A DNA stretch of 64,000 bases, taken from contig OZ038378.1 of NCBI GenBank assembly GCA_964036045.1, positions 193,254,001 to 193,318,000 on the forward strand. Direction: 5' to 3'. The notes below the pieces were generated by a model. That model saw nothing but the letters and a program-made list of their open reading frames with translations, was not told where the DNA came from and made no database searches. Positions 47,635-60,400 of the stretch are shown here, piece by piece; position 1 is the stretch's first letter, and the number at the start of each line of letters is the position of its first letter. The position numbers and the translations under genes are program-made. The DNA is from Eutreptiella sp. 'Long Island Sound 2002'. Its lineage: Eukaryota; Protista; Euglenida.

Positions 47635-48639
47635 GACTGTGCTGTCACAGTCGGAGGATCACTACCAACCCAAGGCCGCTGATTGCCCTTGAAGGTACAT
47701 CGTGCATCTATCTAGGGGTGTTCGGGAATACAAGGGACTACAAGACAGTGCCCTAGGGAGTGGCAGGGGAAGGAACTTGGCATGCAGAGGTTCACTTCCC
47801 GGGGTACTTGACATGCAGAGGTAGGCTCGGCTCAGTCGCTCTCAGCATCAACCTAGTTTTGGGGCCTGTCATTAGACTCCACCGTCTGCACAGAGTTGAC
47901 TGTGTTCATGGTGTGCACATTCGGCATGGTGTTCATCCAACTCGCTTCGTCACTCCTGGAGAGAGTTTGCATGGCAAAGCAGTCCAGCATGGCACACAAA
48001 AGTGTATGCAGATGAAACCGGTGCATGCCCTTCTACGTTGCACATGCACCTTGCGTGTGTGGATAGCCCACCTGACCATGGTGGTGTGGTGCAGTGTGGT
48101 GCAGTGTGGTGCGGTGTGCCGAAGGCGCTGTTACCAAAAGGCAATGGCGGGATGGTCTTGGACATGGGAAAATGCAAGGCGGCAGGGTTGTGTGTCTAAG
48201 CAAACTGTGTGTGGTGTGTGGCGCACCCGTAGCAGAGGGCCGTCATACTTGGTGTGGTGCGGTGTGGTGTGATTTGGTGTGGTGAGGTGCAGTGGGCTGT
48301 AGTATGCCGTGGTGCTGTGTGGTGTGCAATGTGCCGGGGCGTGTTGTACTGCGTAATGCTATCTAGGTGTGTGTGTGTGTGTATGTGTGTGCGTGCGTAT
48401 GTGTGAGCACAACCGCACACACCACCGCCCCCTGCAGCAGCTCGCTACGCCACCGGCACTGCCGGCCGCGGTAGGTGCGCCTCGCCGTTTTTTTGGAAAA
48501 GACCCCCAGCCCCCTGGGACACGAGAAAAATACACACCACCGCCCCCTGCAGCAGTGCGCTCCGCGACTTGCTCCGTCAATCGCTCGCGGCAGCTGCGCA
48601 TTCGCTGCGCCTTCTCTTCGGCAGCAGGGCCATGCAGGC

Positions 48640-48705
48640 AGAGGGAATCGAACCGGCGCCTTCACGGCACGAGCCCGGTGACTCAACCACTGACACAGCA
48701 CCCAC
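48640..48705 (-). mobile_element. tRNA-like SINE head
   Basis: Minus strand GTGCTGTGTCAGTGGTTGAGTC...GCCGGTTCGATTCCC: canonical B box, A-box-like start, no acceptor stem. Confidence 0.5.
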
Positions 48706-51179
48706 CACAACACATTACATGCACACCGCCACAGAAGGCACCTGACACAAGTACCCTGATCGTCCCTCTGGCCGTTGTTGCTGTTGACGGGACCGGGTAC
48801 AAACACGAACACAGCACCCACAAAGTGCTAGGCCTCTGACCCCTGCTACCCCTGCACCTGTCCAGCCCATGCCCACCCCCCTTTACCAAAGCGTGTATGT
48901 TCTTAGTTTTTTTGTGTGCGTGTGGCAGGGTGGTGGCACCCAGCACACGGTAAACTTAGGCTGTGGCAAAGGTAGTTCACGAGCTCCTCCGCGGGCGGTT
49001 TTTGTGGTCTGTTGCACAGTGTAGAACTGAATGCGGGAGTAGGTGAGGAGACAAGCACATGCTGCGCCGCGCTGAACCCACTGTCCAGAACTGCATTTGC
49101 TCATTCTCTACCAACAGACCGAAAGACGTCTAGGACAGCTTTGCTGTTCCTGAGGAGTTTTCTTTCAACCGCTTTTCTTGCTTTGTTCTTGTCTCGTGGT
49201 TCTCAACGTGTGTGAGCCAGGTCCCACCACGCTTGGCTCTCAAGGGGTCTACATCCCCCTTGGTGTCCAATGTACATTACACACAAACTTGGCACTGCGA
49301 ACTGGTGAACGTTGTCGGGGGGCTATTGTGGTGCCACCGGGGATTTTGGAGGAACTTTTTTTTTTTGCACAATGACCCTTGAGAGATGCCAAAAATGAAA
49401 ATCAATTTCCTTCACAGGTGGTTTTGCACCTATTTTGAGCTATTGTGGACGGGGGGGGGTCGACTGGTTCCCTACTAAAAATCTGAACTTCACATACAGA
49501 TTTTTGCGCTACTCAACTGCAACCCACGCCCGGCCAGAACAAGGGGTGTGGTCCTATCAAGTGATGAAACGAGCCCTAGGAGGTACAAAGCCAATGCAAA
49601 GCTCGTTGGCAGTTCTTTTTCTGCACCCCCAGGGGTAGTACCCCCCTGCGTGCAAACTGAATATCATACACAGATTTTGCACTCCTGACCATCGAGTGAA
49701 CGGATCAATGTAGGAGTGGGTACACTATGGTGCTGCGACACCAGCATTCCAATGGGTGGGCCATTTTCAGCACAAAGTATAGACCTACACACATTGTGGA
49801 AGGTAAAGAAAGCAGGGAAACGCCTCAAAGCCTAGGGAATCCTAGGTGTTTTTGACGAAGGGTGCATTTATTGGCAGCGAGGTGCAGTCTAGTTCAGCCT
49901 CTGCCACTTCCGAGATAATGTACTGGCGCTATCAATCGGCCACCCATGGTTGACACCCCATGACACCCCATGACACCCTAGTAGTCCAAATGATTTCTAA
50001 AACCCTATCAGAAATATGGGACCTAGAGGTGCTCTGCCCTTGTCTTGATGCAGGCGACCGAAAATGTGAGGGTAAATGTTTTTCCCAAACAGCACAGGCG
50101 CTTGGCATCAGCATGACCGTGGGGGGCGCGGTCGGAATCAACTCTACCCACCGCTCCGCCCCAAAAGCTGACTAGTCACTGCATTATGGGAAGCCGCTCA
50201 TATCCCCAGGCTAGGCAGCACTAGAATATTTGTCTTGCATCCTTACAAGTAGTCTTACAGTAGCACTACCGTGGTAGCACAACAGGGCATCCCAGATCCT
50301 ATCTGCACGGTCCCAGACACAGGTGGCACTGGCTAGCAACTACGCACGTATCCCCTCCCCCCCTTGTCCAAGCTACAGCGGGTGTAGGGACTGTATTAAT
50401 TTGGTACCTAATTTGTTTGGGTACAGATGTAGTGCGGCCACATAAGACATGGGTTTGGTGACAAATTTGCTAGTTACGTAGGGTCATGGACACATTTGTT
50501 GTGAGTGTTTGCCCACTTGAACCCACACATCTCTTATTTTGGGGATATTTGTGCATTATATTATGCAATCTTCTCTTTTTGAACCCGGGTGTCTACGGCC
50601 TTGTCCAAGCTACCATAGGCGTAGGGACTATATTAATTTGGGACTTTTGCGTAGCTTTTCCAAGGGGGTGGCGGGGCTTATGGCCGTGATGCGCGCGTCG
50701 CATAAATCGGTGCGCCGTGTGTACTTAGCGTCCCCAAGGCATGCAGAAGACAATACGCGCACGGTATACACAGTTGCCCACCACCAACCGTGTGTGCAGC
50801 GGGTCATCGTCACACGATTCATGCAGTGGCTGCCCCAACATGCAAAGTGGCAGGGCTCAGCCTATACTGACGCCGTCATGCTTGATGCCCTACAGCCGGA
50901 AGAGTACGACCCCACTTGGTGCACCAACATACACCTCCGGCGGGTGCGCAATGCCGCCTCCTAACTTTATTTCGCGCCAATCTTTTGTGTGTGTGCGTTT
51001 AGGTGGGAGCACCTAACACAGGTTGCACTACTTGGGCTTTCAAGACACGAACTCCTCCATGGGTGAATTTATTGTCTGTCGAAGCACAATTGATGTGGGT
51101 GCAGGTTGGGGCGCAAGGGAAGTAGTGCAACCATTTTTCAGAGCTGCACATTGACGCTTCTATCAGTAGAACGAAAGAT

Positions 51180-51332
51180 GTCTAGGGCTGCCCTGCAGCT
51201 CGTGAGGAGTTTTCTTTGACCGCTTTTCTTGCTCCGTTCTTGTTTTCGCGGTTCTCATCGTGTGTGTGTGTATGTGTGTGTGTGTGTGAGTGTGTGTGTG
51301 TGAGTGAGTGAGTGAGTGAGTGACGCGCGGGC

Positions 51333-51394
<62 letters not shown>

Positions 51395-51410
51395 TGACAC
51401 TGTGTGTGGG
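51180..51410 (+). repeat. Dispersed repeat (second copy at ~49130-49215) with a long (GT)n/(TGAG)n tail
   Basis: TGAGGAGTTTTCTTT...ACCGCTTTTCTTGCT...GGTTCTCA(A/T)CGTGTGTG occurs at both loci. Confidence 0.8.
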
Positions 51411-54400
51411 AGGGCGGCAGTGTGTCGGGGATAATGCACTGTTGGGATAGAGGGTGCCTCATGCGCGGTGCACCGGCGCGGTGCGACTTTAGCCCGGTTG
51501 GCGTAGAATGGCGGCACCATGGAATGTTGTGCAAAAAACGGTCATAGGAGCCTTAGCATCACAAATGGGTGGCTCATTGTTGTGTTTGGGTGGAATTATC
51601 AATGTCGGGGTGTAAGAGTGGATAGCAGGGCACCTTGTGCATTTGAAAATATTGGTGTGATTTCCTCCTTTGCTTTCCACGGGACACATGGCAATGAATG
51701 CTGACTTTTTTGCGCCAGGCAGATATGTCTTTTACCTGAGAGGCACGAGAGGCACCATAGGGGAACGTGTGCCTGCCACTGTTGTGGTCCTCTTATCCTT
51801 CCCGGAGTGTGTCGCCACTAGCTACGAGCGCTCAGGCCATATGCAGCTTTACTGTGATTGCCCCGTGGAGCGGCTCACCTTCCCCATTGTGCGTGCAGAG
51901 TCCCCCGATTCCGAATGTTGTCCGTCCCCACCGCCTACCGCTGCCGTTAGGTCCGGAGCAGTTGCTGCCGACGTTCAGGATTGTCCTGAGACTGAGAGCC
52001 TAAACTTTGCACCGCAGGATGACACCAACCATTTTCAAGTTGCACTTATCATTTCACAAAAACCCTTGGGCCACCGCGTCCCTGTCTGAAAAAGTTGTGC
52101 AGTACCCTAAGTGACACGCCGGCGTGCATGGTGCGGCCCGCGGTGCGTTGAGGCACCCTCATATGTGTGGGGGAGGGGTGGCTACGGGCGGGGGGAGACG
52201 TGTCATATCAGTCTACAATGATTTTGTTGACAGTGCAAGTGAGACATATAGTGCAGGCAGCCCAACCGACCGAAAGGCGGACCCAGTGCTTGCCACCCAA
52301 GACAACGATGCTCCACCACCACCCCGGTGTGTGTTGGGCCCTCCGCACAATGGAGCCCCTTAATCACAAGGTTTTTGTGAGTTTCACTCGGGACAGCCTC
52401 TTGAGGACTGCCCTGTGGGCCAGCGCTGCTTGACTGCCAGCCGCTGGCGGTTAAATGGCCATCGGGTGAAGGTCCACATGTCGTCTCTTCAACAACAACA
52501 CACTTCAGACGGATGTTGAGTGATCTGAAATTTTGCAGTATGTCATACCCGGGGGGGCTTCTCCAATGGCGGTGTGTGCGTTTGTTGTGGTGTGAGGCGT
52601 ACATCAAAAATTTTTTTTTGTTTTTCAGGACAGCCATGCCCCAAAGCCGGGTCATTTCTTTGTTCATTAAGTACCAACTGCGGGAGACGATTCATATGCC
52701 TCCTCTCACCAATGGCACATGGGTTTGTTACTGGATCTTGCTTATGGCGAGGCGGGAGGGGGTGCTTACAGGTCAAATACTTTCAGTTCCTCATTGAACT
52801 CAAATGCACGCTGCATTGAAACCGTATTCACATTTCTTCAATTCAAACGTTGCATCATTCTTAAGCGACATAAATACAACAGTAGTACTTTGACCTTTTT
52901 GTCTCCCTAACCAATTTTGCAGCATTTGATACCCTCCCTCCCTGTGGCAGAAGCATGATAATAGAGTAATGGACAGCAGAAGCGGTTTGGATGACAAAAC
53001 TGTTCCATCGGGGGTTAGGGGTGGGGTTTACATATCTCGACAGAAATCGCTCCAAAGTTGGGGACCTGAAAGCTGTGTGAGTGGGGCATCCCATCTCAAA
53101 TCCTTACAGGGGGCAGGGACCTTTTCGTACAGGGGGAGGAGGGGGGGGGTCAAACACGCTGAAGTGTAATGCCTCCCCCCCTCCCCTCCAATCAGTTGCA
53201 GCCGGCCCTGTGTGTGGTGTCCCTATGTCGGGTGTGTGCATTTATTGGTCAATGGTCAATCAACGGGATTTTTTTTTGTGCGTCTAGGACTCCCCTGCCA
53301 CAGCATAAGCAGCCCATTAGAACATTGGCAGTTCGGTGGTGGACCCATGGCCGGCCTCCTCTGTGGGGCCGCTGGTGGCAGACAAGGTCACGTGCCTCGT
53401 CTCTTGATCAAATGTTGCAACATGGCCTGTGCACACCGTCTCCCTCATGTCGCTTCAGAGGTGCGTGTGCCATGTGGCGACGCGGGTCCGCAGTGTAGCA
53501 CGCTGTCCTCGCCTGCGCTCCGTCCTTGCAAGCGGACATGATGTCATGGTAGGGGCCCCGGGTGCACTGCACTCGGCAGCGCGGACACAAAACAGTGGAT
53601 GGCACAACGGGTCTTGCAGTACTTCGTAGTCATCGTCGTTTGCTATGTCGTGGTGCAGGTATCCCTCAGCGTACATGTCCCCTGCCTCCAGGTCAGCGGT
53701 GGGACGCTTGGCCTCTTGCATACGTATTTGTGTCATAGTGATCACCCACCAGGCTATTGCTTGGTGGCTGGTTGGCTGGGGGGCGGGGTGGGGGGGGGCT
53801 GAGGCCACCAAACGGTTTCTGTACCTACAATCGACCTCCAATTTCCAGCCCCTTTGATAAATTTCATTTTACCCCCGAGGAAGCTATTTCTGATGTGGTG
53901 GGTGGAGGAGTGGGCCAAAATCCCAGGAAGGCCAGAATCCCCCCCCCCCCCCAAGTATCACTAAGCAATCCCCTGCCACCCAGCCTGCGCCTTGTGTTGC
54001 ATTCCCCCCCATCATTTGTGGTGGAGAGCGCCCTCCAAGCTTCATAGTCTGGGAATGACTGAAAGTGAATGCCACCGGCACCTGCAGTGAAGGATGTTGG
54101 AGCAGAAGCAGCTCTTGTGGGCAGAGGGACAACTGTCACACTCTGACCAAAATAGCGTTTCCCCGTCGTCCAGGGACAAACTGTGTAGGCATTTTCCTCT
54201 AAGACTTGAACAATTCTTTAAGGCCCCTCCTCCCCGTCCACCCCTAGCGAGAACATGAACTTGTCTGAGGACAGCAAACCCGTGGTACCAACGTTTAAGG
54301 GGCTGTCTTGGGGCCGCTGTTTTGTGATGCTAAATGCTGGTGAACATCATTTTGAGGTGATTGTAGTTGGAAAGAGGGCTGTTTCATGGTAGTGAAGGTT

Positions 54401-54429
54401 GTGTAGGGGCATGGCAACGTTTTGCCTTC

Positions 54430-57400
54430 ATGTCACAGCCACGCGTTCATGTTTTGCTCTGGGTTGTGGCAACGATGCTGCTGTTTGCGGCATGGCTGTA
54501 CACAGACAAGTTGCTTGTCCTAGCACAATGGCTCTGTGGTACCGTCGTTTTTCGAAATGCCTGTGCTTGTACAGCTTGTACAGAGAGGGTGGGAGAAGTG
54601 CCAATCTGCCTCTTTCTTTTTGCACCAACGTCTTGGTCTGGGTGGTGCCTGTGTGCCCATGTCCCGGTTCCGCTGCTACCAAGATTGAATATTGGGACCG
54701 AGCTGGTGGGGGAAGGAACATGGTCTAGGAGACTTCAACGACAAATGAGGTACGCACTAGAAAGTGGATGAGAGCGGCTCAAAAGGGGCTCAAAATGAGC
54801 TGTATTCATCCGTTTGGGCACCACAACTGGACTAGGATCCTGTTTGGAAAACCATGGTTTTGACCCGTTTTTGAGCCATTTGTGGTCAAATTGGCCTATT
54901 TTCAAGGCCCTTTCGGCCTTGAGAGGGGCCAAAATTGCTCAACATGGGCTCAAAATGGGACCATTCCACTTGCTTGTGCAACCCAAATAACCCAAAAGTA
55001 TCTTGGGAAAAACACATTTTTTGATCCATTTTTAACTGATTTTTTGGTCCCAAAACAGCCCATTTTCAAGGCATTTTGTGATTTTGGAGTGGCCAAAATG
55101 GCTTGCTATGGGCTCAAAAAGGGCTCATTTCGCTTGTTTAGGCACCCCAAATGGTCTAGGATCATTTTTGGAAAAACACATTTTCGACCCATTTTTGGTT
55201 GCAAAACAACCCATTTTCAAGGCATTTTGTGACTTTGGAGGGGCCAAAATGGCTTGCAATGGGCTCAAAAGGGGCTCATTTCACTTGTTTAGGCACCCCA
55301 AATGGTCCAGGGTCATTTTTGGAAAAACACATTTTTGACCCATTTTTTGTCCCAAAACAGCCCATTTTCAAGGCATTTTGGGATTTTGGGAGGGCCAAAA
55401 TGGGCCACCACGAGCTCAAAACGCGCCGAAAACACTTGTTTTGGCATTCCATGTGGTCCAAGATCATTTTTGAAAAAGTCATATTTTTGCACCCGGTGGA
55501 CCTTGTTGACCCATCTTGGCACCCACCTCTTTGGGCTACCTCTTGCAGCTTGCCGCGGCCCACTGGGCCTAGGTACGGGGGTCTAGGTGTCGGTTAGGGC
55601 AATGTTGAGGGGTGGCCACCACCAAAAGTGGGTGGTTGCGGGTGGATTAGGTGCGCTCGAAATCGCGTTTTGAGCCACGTAGCCCAAGATATAGTCTGTT
55701 TTTGGTTTGGGGCTGTCGGCAGCCAATGCGCACAAATTCTGGGGCTTTTGGGGGCCTTTTGGGGGTGGTTCGTGGACATTTTGTGGAGTTAGAGCGCCCT
55801 AGAGGGCCCTTCGGCACGGGGAAGTCTAGCTGCATGTGTAGAGTAGCCAATATTTCCCTATGTTTGGCCATTTTCAGCAGGTTCTAGGGCGGTTTTGGGC
55901 AAAAAAAAAAGGCTGATTTTGGCCCTAAATTGCAGATTTGGAAATGGAGGTCCGGCACTTGCGACACCCGTTCCCGGCCGCCACTGTTGAGTTTATGGCT
56001 CATACTTTGTGTGGTTGTCCCTCACACCCATAGGTAGCATCCACCAAAATTTTGGCTGAATCCGAAGCACCACGATGGAGCTATGATTTTCCCCATTTCG
56101 CGCGTGCTTGCTGCTTGCTGCTTGCTGCTTGCTTGCTGCATGCTAAACCTGTTCGGTCCACCCTAGACACTAAAGAGGGTTATAAAACCAAGACGGGTTT
56201 CACCAGCTTGGTAAACCTAACCCTAACGTGCCCCTGTGTGTGCGGTGTGATATGACTTGAATATGCGGCGTTTGTTTTTTGTTTGTTGCTGCATTGAAGT
56301 CGCCTGGTCCATAAGTGCAGAGGGCTCATTCACCGCACCTGAACATTGACTAAGGTGTCGCTTGTACTCCTTGGGACACAATCAATAATGGGGGGGGGGG
56401 GGGGTGGTACCTTGCACTCTGCGATGTGCGAAAAGTAGGCTATTTCTGATACTAGGGGCATCATTGTTGTTTGAAAACGGGTATTTTGATGCTTCCGTCG
56501 CATTGGGAATATGGTATATTTGGGTTTTCACCCAGTTTCACTCATTTTCACCCTTTCTCACCTGAGAAGGCAGAAGGCAGGGGTGATGTAGCCATATTGA
56601 CCTCTTCCCACCATGGGGACCCCGAGAAGGCAGGGGTTAGTCAGCCACTTCTGATTTTGTCCCTATGTGGGGACCCCCGAGAAGGCAGGAGTGATGTATC
56701 CATTCCGCCCACACGTGGGCCCCGCTACCATGTCCCTCAAACTGTCTAAGGCACCACCGGTCAGCCTGGATTACTGGCAATACAAACCCAAGGACTAAGG
56801 GCTGAAATTGCCTATGGTGGGGGCATTCAGTCAATGAGAAGCGACCACACAAAACTGCCATGTACACCTGTGCTTCCCCAAGGGTGGGTGGATTCCAGGG
56901 TGGTCATGGGACAGTAGCATAATTATTGGGTGCTGTGCGCGCGCTGTGCAGAAACACCCTCTGTGGGGTACCCGGACTTCGACCCTGAACCCACCCCTCG
57001 GAGTAGCCGAAATGTTGAGGAGATGCGGACCACACTTGGCCCCAACTTGGCACCAAAGGTGCCGTTAATTTTTTTAGCATTTGTATTTGTTTTTTTTTTG
57101 AAAACCGCACATATCTGTGTTCAAAATGATCCAAAAGGTGAGGAGGGTGTTGGTGTCAGGTCTGAGTCCGAGTACCCCCCATGCGGTGAACCCATGTCCC
57201 TGTTTCCTGGGGTGTCCCCGCTGTACCAGTGTCTCGGTGCCGGTGGTCCTCCTGTGGTCTGGTGCTGGTGCCCCTCTGTGCACTTATGTCGTGGTGCACA
57301 TGTCCATTCCCCCGTGCCCCCACGGCCTGGTGCGTCCTTCGTGCCCCGTCCTGCTGTGTGCCCCCTTGAACCCATTGTGTCTTGGGGTACATTAGAATGG

Positions 57401-60400
57401 CTGACAACCCTCAGAGGAGGGGGTGCCCCCCCCCCCCCCCTTGGCCCCCCAGGGAAACATGGTGCGCTTGCTACAAGGACTCAGCGCAGGAAAGGGCAGG
57501 CCAAAGGTGGGGGGGGATTTGGCAGGTGCAAAATTCGGAACGGCGAAATGTGGCACAGCAAAATTGTACCACATTTTGCCGTGGTATTTAAGGACTGAAG
57601 CCACGTTCTTCCATTTACCAAATCTATGCACATTTTCTCTCCATTACAATCCAGGGCACTGGGGACCTGTTTTGGCAAAAAATAATTTTACTTTGAACCC
57701 CGTTTCACAGATGATTCATAACATAAGCAGTTAGCGGAGTTGTTAAATTACTACACTGTCAAACTGCATGTCCTGGGATCAATTTCCAGTGTGCCCACTT
57801 TATGGAAAAATTGTACCACATTTTTCCGTGGTATCTAAGATTTTGTACCAAAATTTCCCCTCACCGAATTTTGCCTTCCCAAAATATGCCCGCACCCCCC
57901 CCCCCCCCGGTATGTGCCCCGTCGGGGAGGTCATCCCGCAAGTGGACATCCCAGGGCCCAACAGCTGCCGTTGGGGAGGGTCCCCCACCGCCGGTAGGGA
58001 GTGTCTGCCTGGACGCACCTGGCCCAGTGGCGAGGGCCGTCGCCCTCCTCCATGTAGATCCGACACAGAGCAGTGAAACAGGGACCGTCCAGGGGGTCTG
58101 TTGGCACACCCTACCAAGGGAATGGAATGGGATGCAGGGAGGTAGGGATGGGCCAGACCGGTAGAGCAAGGGCACGAGGTGGCGAGATGCCGATGGGCAC
58201 CGTTGCCTATGGAGGGAAAGGGTTCAAGGAAAGGACTGTGTCCCCACCACTCCACCATGCGGAAGGGGAATGGGCAGGAGGACGGTCCTTCTGCCTACCC
58301 CCGCACCACAGGCACTGCTGTTCACGGAGATGGGGCAGAGCATACTCGCCGGGGAGGCCGGACTTGGCGAACTCTTGCCTCACCATGACCCCGGCGGAGT
58401 GGTCTTCTCCACCATAGTGCACACCACGTACGAGGTGACGCCGCTGCATCCACTGCGCTCTGTGTCTCTGTGCCCGACTCAGTGCCTGTGTGGGATTGCA
58501 CTCCCTTTTACCGCCCCACGCTCAGGCAAAGGTCTGACCCTGCTCCCCCCCCAGGGGGTTGCATGAGCGGAGGGGGGACGGGGGAAGGGTTCTTGGGGAG
58601 GGGGGTCTGCACTATGTACCATACTGACCCATTCAGCATGTACATTTGTCATGATGCCTGAAGTCAGGCAATGCAACTCATCTTTTTGGGTCCATACATT
58701 GTGCCCTCACCTAAACACCACCAGGCAACACAAACAGGAAATGCGGGGGAATGCTCATCGTCATCGAATTCTTTGTCAAAGATCAATCAGAGTTGGACTC
58801 ACCTGAGCTGGACTCACCTCGCGGTCTTGTTATGGCTGCTGATCTTACAAACTCGCACAGAGTTGCCATTGGAGTGTTAGAAAAAGTGTGGAACATGCTT
58901 TCTGTGCAGCATTGTATGCCCCTTGCCTTTTGAGAGTACGTTAGCGCCCCGGGCACACGCCGGGTGCGCCGGACAGAGTTTTCCCACGCTTTGGTATGGC
59001 CCCTCGAGTTGGGGTTAAGGACTCCCACTCTTCAGTGTGGCCACTTGAGTGGTCCGTCACGCATCAGAAGGGGATTCTTTGATTTTGAGGTGGGTGGCCA
59101 TGATGCGGCCTACAAGGGCAGGGTGCATGTGATCGTCCCATTGGTTGGGTGAAAAATGGGAAGTTATTTGATTGCCAACAGTCATACAATGTGCTTGTGC
59201 TTAGGGTTCCTGGGCCAGAGGAGGGAGCGATGTCTGGGGGTAAAGCATTGTGATAGATGGCCGGAACATTCATTTGGATGCTGGGCGCGTACCGAGCAAA
59301 CGTACCCTCTTTCTTCCCACTCCATCCATCTTGAAAGCGAAAATAGAGCACCACAGTTGTAATGTCGTTGCGTTTTGCGCGGAGGCACGGTTGGACAGGG
59401 TGCCAAAGAATGTATTTATGGACGCTGTGACATGATATTTGCAACACAGGGAAGACGTGATATGAGTGGAATGACCAAAGAACCCTACTATAGGTGCGCC
59501 GAAAGCGCAGGCGAAACAAGGTTCCCAGAACCCTGATTCTTACATGATTTGGAGCCGGGGGGGGGGGTCCAGGGGAGGGAGGGAGGGGGGAGGGGTCCCC
59601 CCCCCTGCCATAATGAAAATTAAAGCAGCGCCCTGCTCCCCCCCTCAGCCAGCCCAAATTCAAGCCACTGCAAAGTGAGGGTGCTGGCTGTGGGCTGATA
59701 CCCCCCAGGCATCGTTTATAAGAGCTATTTTGCAAGGGGGGGGCGGGGGGGCTGGGTGGGTGGGTCTTCAGCCGGGTGGGTGGGTCTAAAGGTCTGGACC
59801 CCCCTCTTATAATTCCGAGGGTTTCCTGGGTTGGGCTCCTGCCACACCTTCTTTCTTTGGTCACAGGAGCCTTGTCTGGCTGTTTGCTGGTGCCCTTTTC
59901 TGCTTTGTCGTTGTGCAGGTGGCAGGTGTGCAGGTGGCAATTTTTCAGATGGCGGACCTTTTTGTTTTATAACATCTTAAACCTGTGGACCTTTTGTTGC
60001 ACAAAGCTATCAGAGCTGGTTCATAGCCCAGTTGTCAAGGTACTTGATTACAATTCCAATGACCCCTGGTTCAGATCCTGGTAATGTAAAGTTTTTGGTG
60101 TGTCAACCTTTGGGGTTGCCTGCCTTGGCTTCAGTTTGGTTCACAAAAAATGCTCCCCACAGATTTATAAGAGGGGGGGGGGGTCCTGGGTGGGTCCAAA
60201 GTTGGGTGGGTGGGTCCAAAGTTGGGTGGGTGGGTCTTGTCCAAAATACCCCCACCCCTCTTACAAACGATCCTTGTACCCCCCCTTTTTGGGAACCAGA
60301 AAAAAGGACCCAGAGAATGCATGGTCAGAGCAGCCAAAACTGGTGCGATCATGCATGAGGGCCCAGCACACAAAAAAGCCCACTGACTGTGATACCAGAG

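Noticed and set aside
56211-56227. Telomere-like CCTAACCCTAA
   Set aside because: Fewer than two full units, immediately after a splice donor; likely chance.
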